The notes under the pieces were generated by a model. That model was given only the letters and a program-made list of their open reading frames with translations. It was not told the DNA's origin and did no database searches. Shown here one piece after another: positions 63,919-64,000 of a stretch of 64,000 nt of DNA. How positions within the stretch are numbered: the stretch's first letter is position 1; each line of letters begins with the position of its first letter. The stretch is from Candidatus Acidiferrales bacterium. Lineage in GTDB: Bacteria > Acidobacteriota > Terriglobia > Acidiferrales > UBA7541. A program made the translations under genes and the position numbers. The stretch lies in the NCBI GenBank assembly GCA_035943235.1, contig DASZCH010000129.1, positions 13,229 to 77,228 of the forward strand, read 5' to 3'.

Positions 63919-64000
63919 CTACTCGTATCTCAGGGCGACCATGGGATCGACACGCATCGCGCGGCGGGCGGGAACGTAGCAGGCGGCGAGGGCCACGAGA
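63919..64000 (-). CDS. 3' end of a second ADOP/FtsX-family permease (partial, runs off the window)
   Basis: The reverse translation ..LVALAACYVPARRAMRVDPMVALRYE* is nearly identical to the C-terminus of 3460..6156. Confidence 0.8.
   Translation of the reverse strand, partial: LVALAACYVPARRAMRVDPMVALRYE

Noticed and set aside
1-64000. A search for CRISPR arrays, rRNA or tRNA genes, integrases, transposases or prophage structural genes.
   Set aside because: None was recognised on reading both strands. The only repeats found are the two direct-repeat pairs and the short operator-like motifs reported above.

Overview
GC-rich bacterial chromosomal segment. Its gene content points to Acidobacteriota (inference): a PadR regulator next to an ADOP-type duplicated FtsX permease, a second ADOP 3' end at the right edge, two CarboxypepD_reg-type TonB-dependent receptors each paired with a BNR/Asp-box sortilin-like propeller, and a Hanks-type Ser/Thr kinase. 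Housekeeping and catabolic blocks: an FAD monooxygenase; an IclR / AstE-like deacylase / class-III aminotransferase / Na+-solute symporter operon; PhoU; a CusCBA-type Cu/Ag efflux operon; and TetR- and LysR-controlled operons. These blocks are interleaved with many toxin-antitoxin or conflict modules: two Gp49/HigB-HigA pairs, a higBA remnant, mobile mystery proteins A/B (HTH + Fic), AbiEi/AbiEii, and two paralogous XRE-HTH genes, one with a small nucleotidyltransferase partner. There are also many gene fragments. In four of these modules the toxin gene is visibly broken by a frameshift, an in-frame TGA, an in-frame TAG or truncation, while the antitoxin or regulator gene is intact (in the higBA remnant it is truncated too). 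Leads most worth follow-up: (1) a trypsin-like protease plus Trypco1-like small protein two-gene module at 61.5-62.8 kb; (2) a LysR-flanked operon encoding OsmC, an exported PD40-amidohydrolase and two tandem exported non-canonical LanC-like proteins at 40.5-47.1 kb; (3) the XRE-HTH plus minimal nucleotidyltransferase pair at 25.2-26.4 kb; (4) a pair of ~260-270 bp direct repeats 34 kb apart, and a second repeat pair bracketing the AbiE cassette. No rRNA, tRNA, CRISPR array, integrase or transposase gene was recognised.
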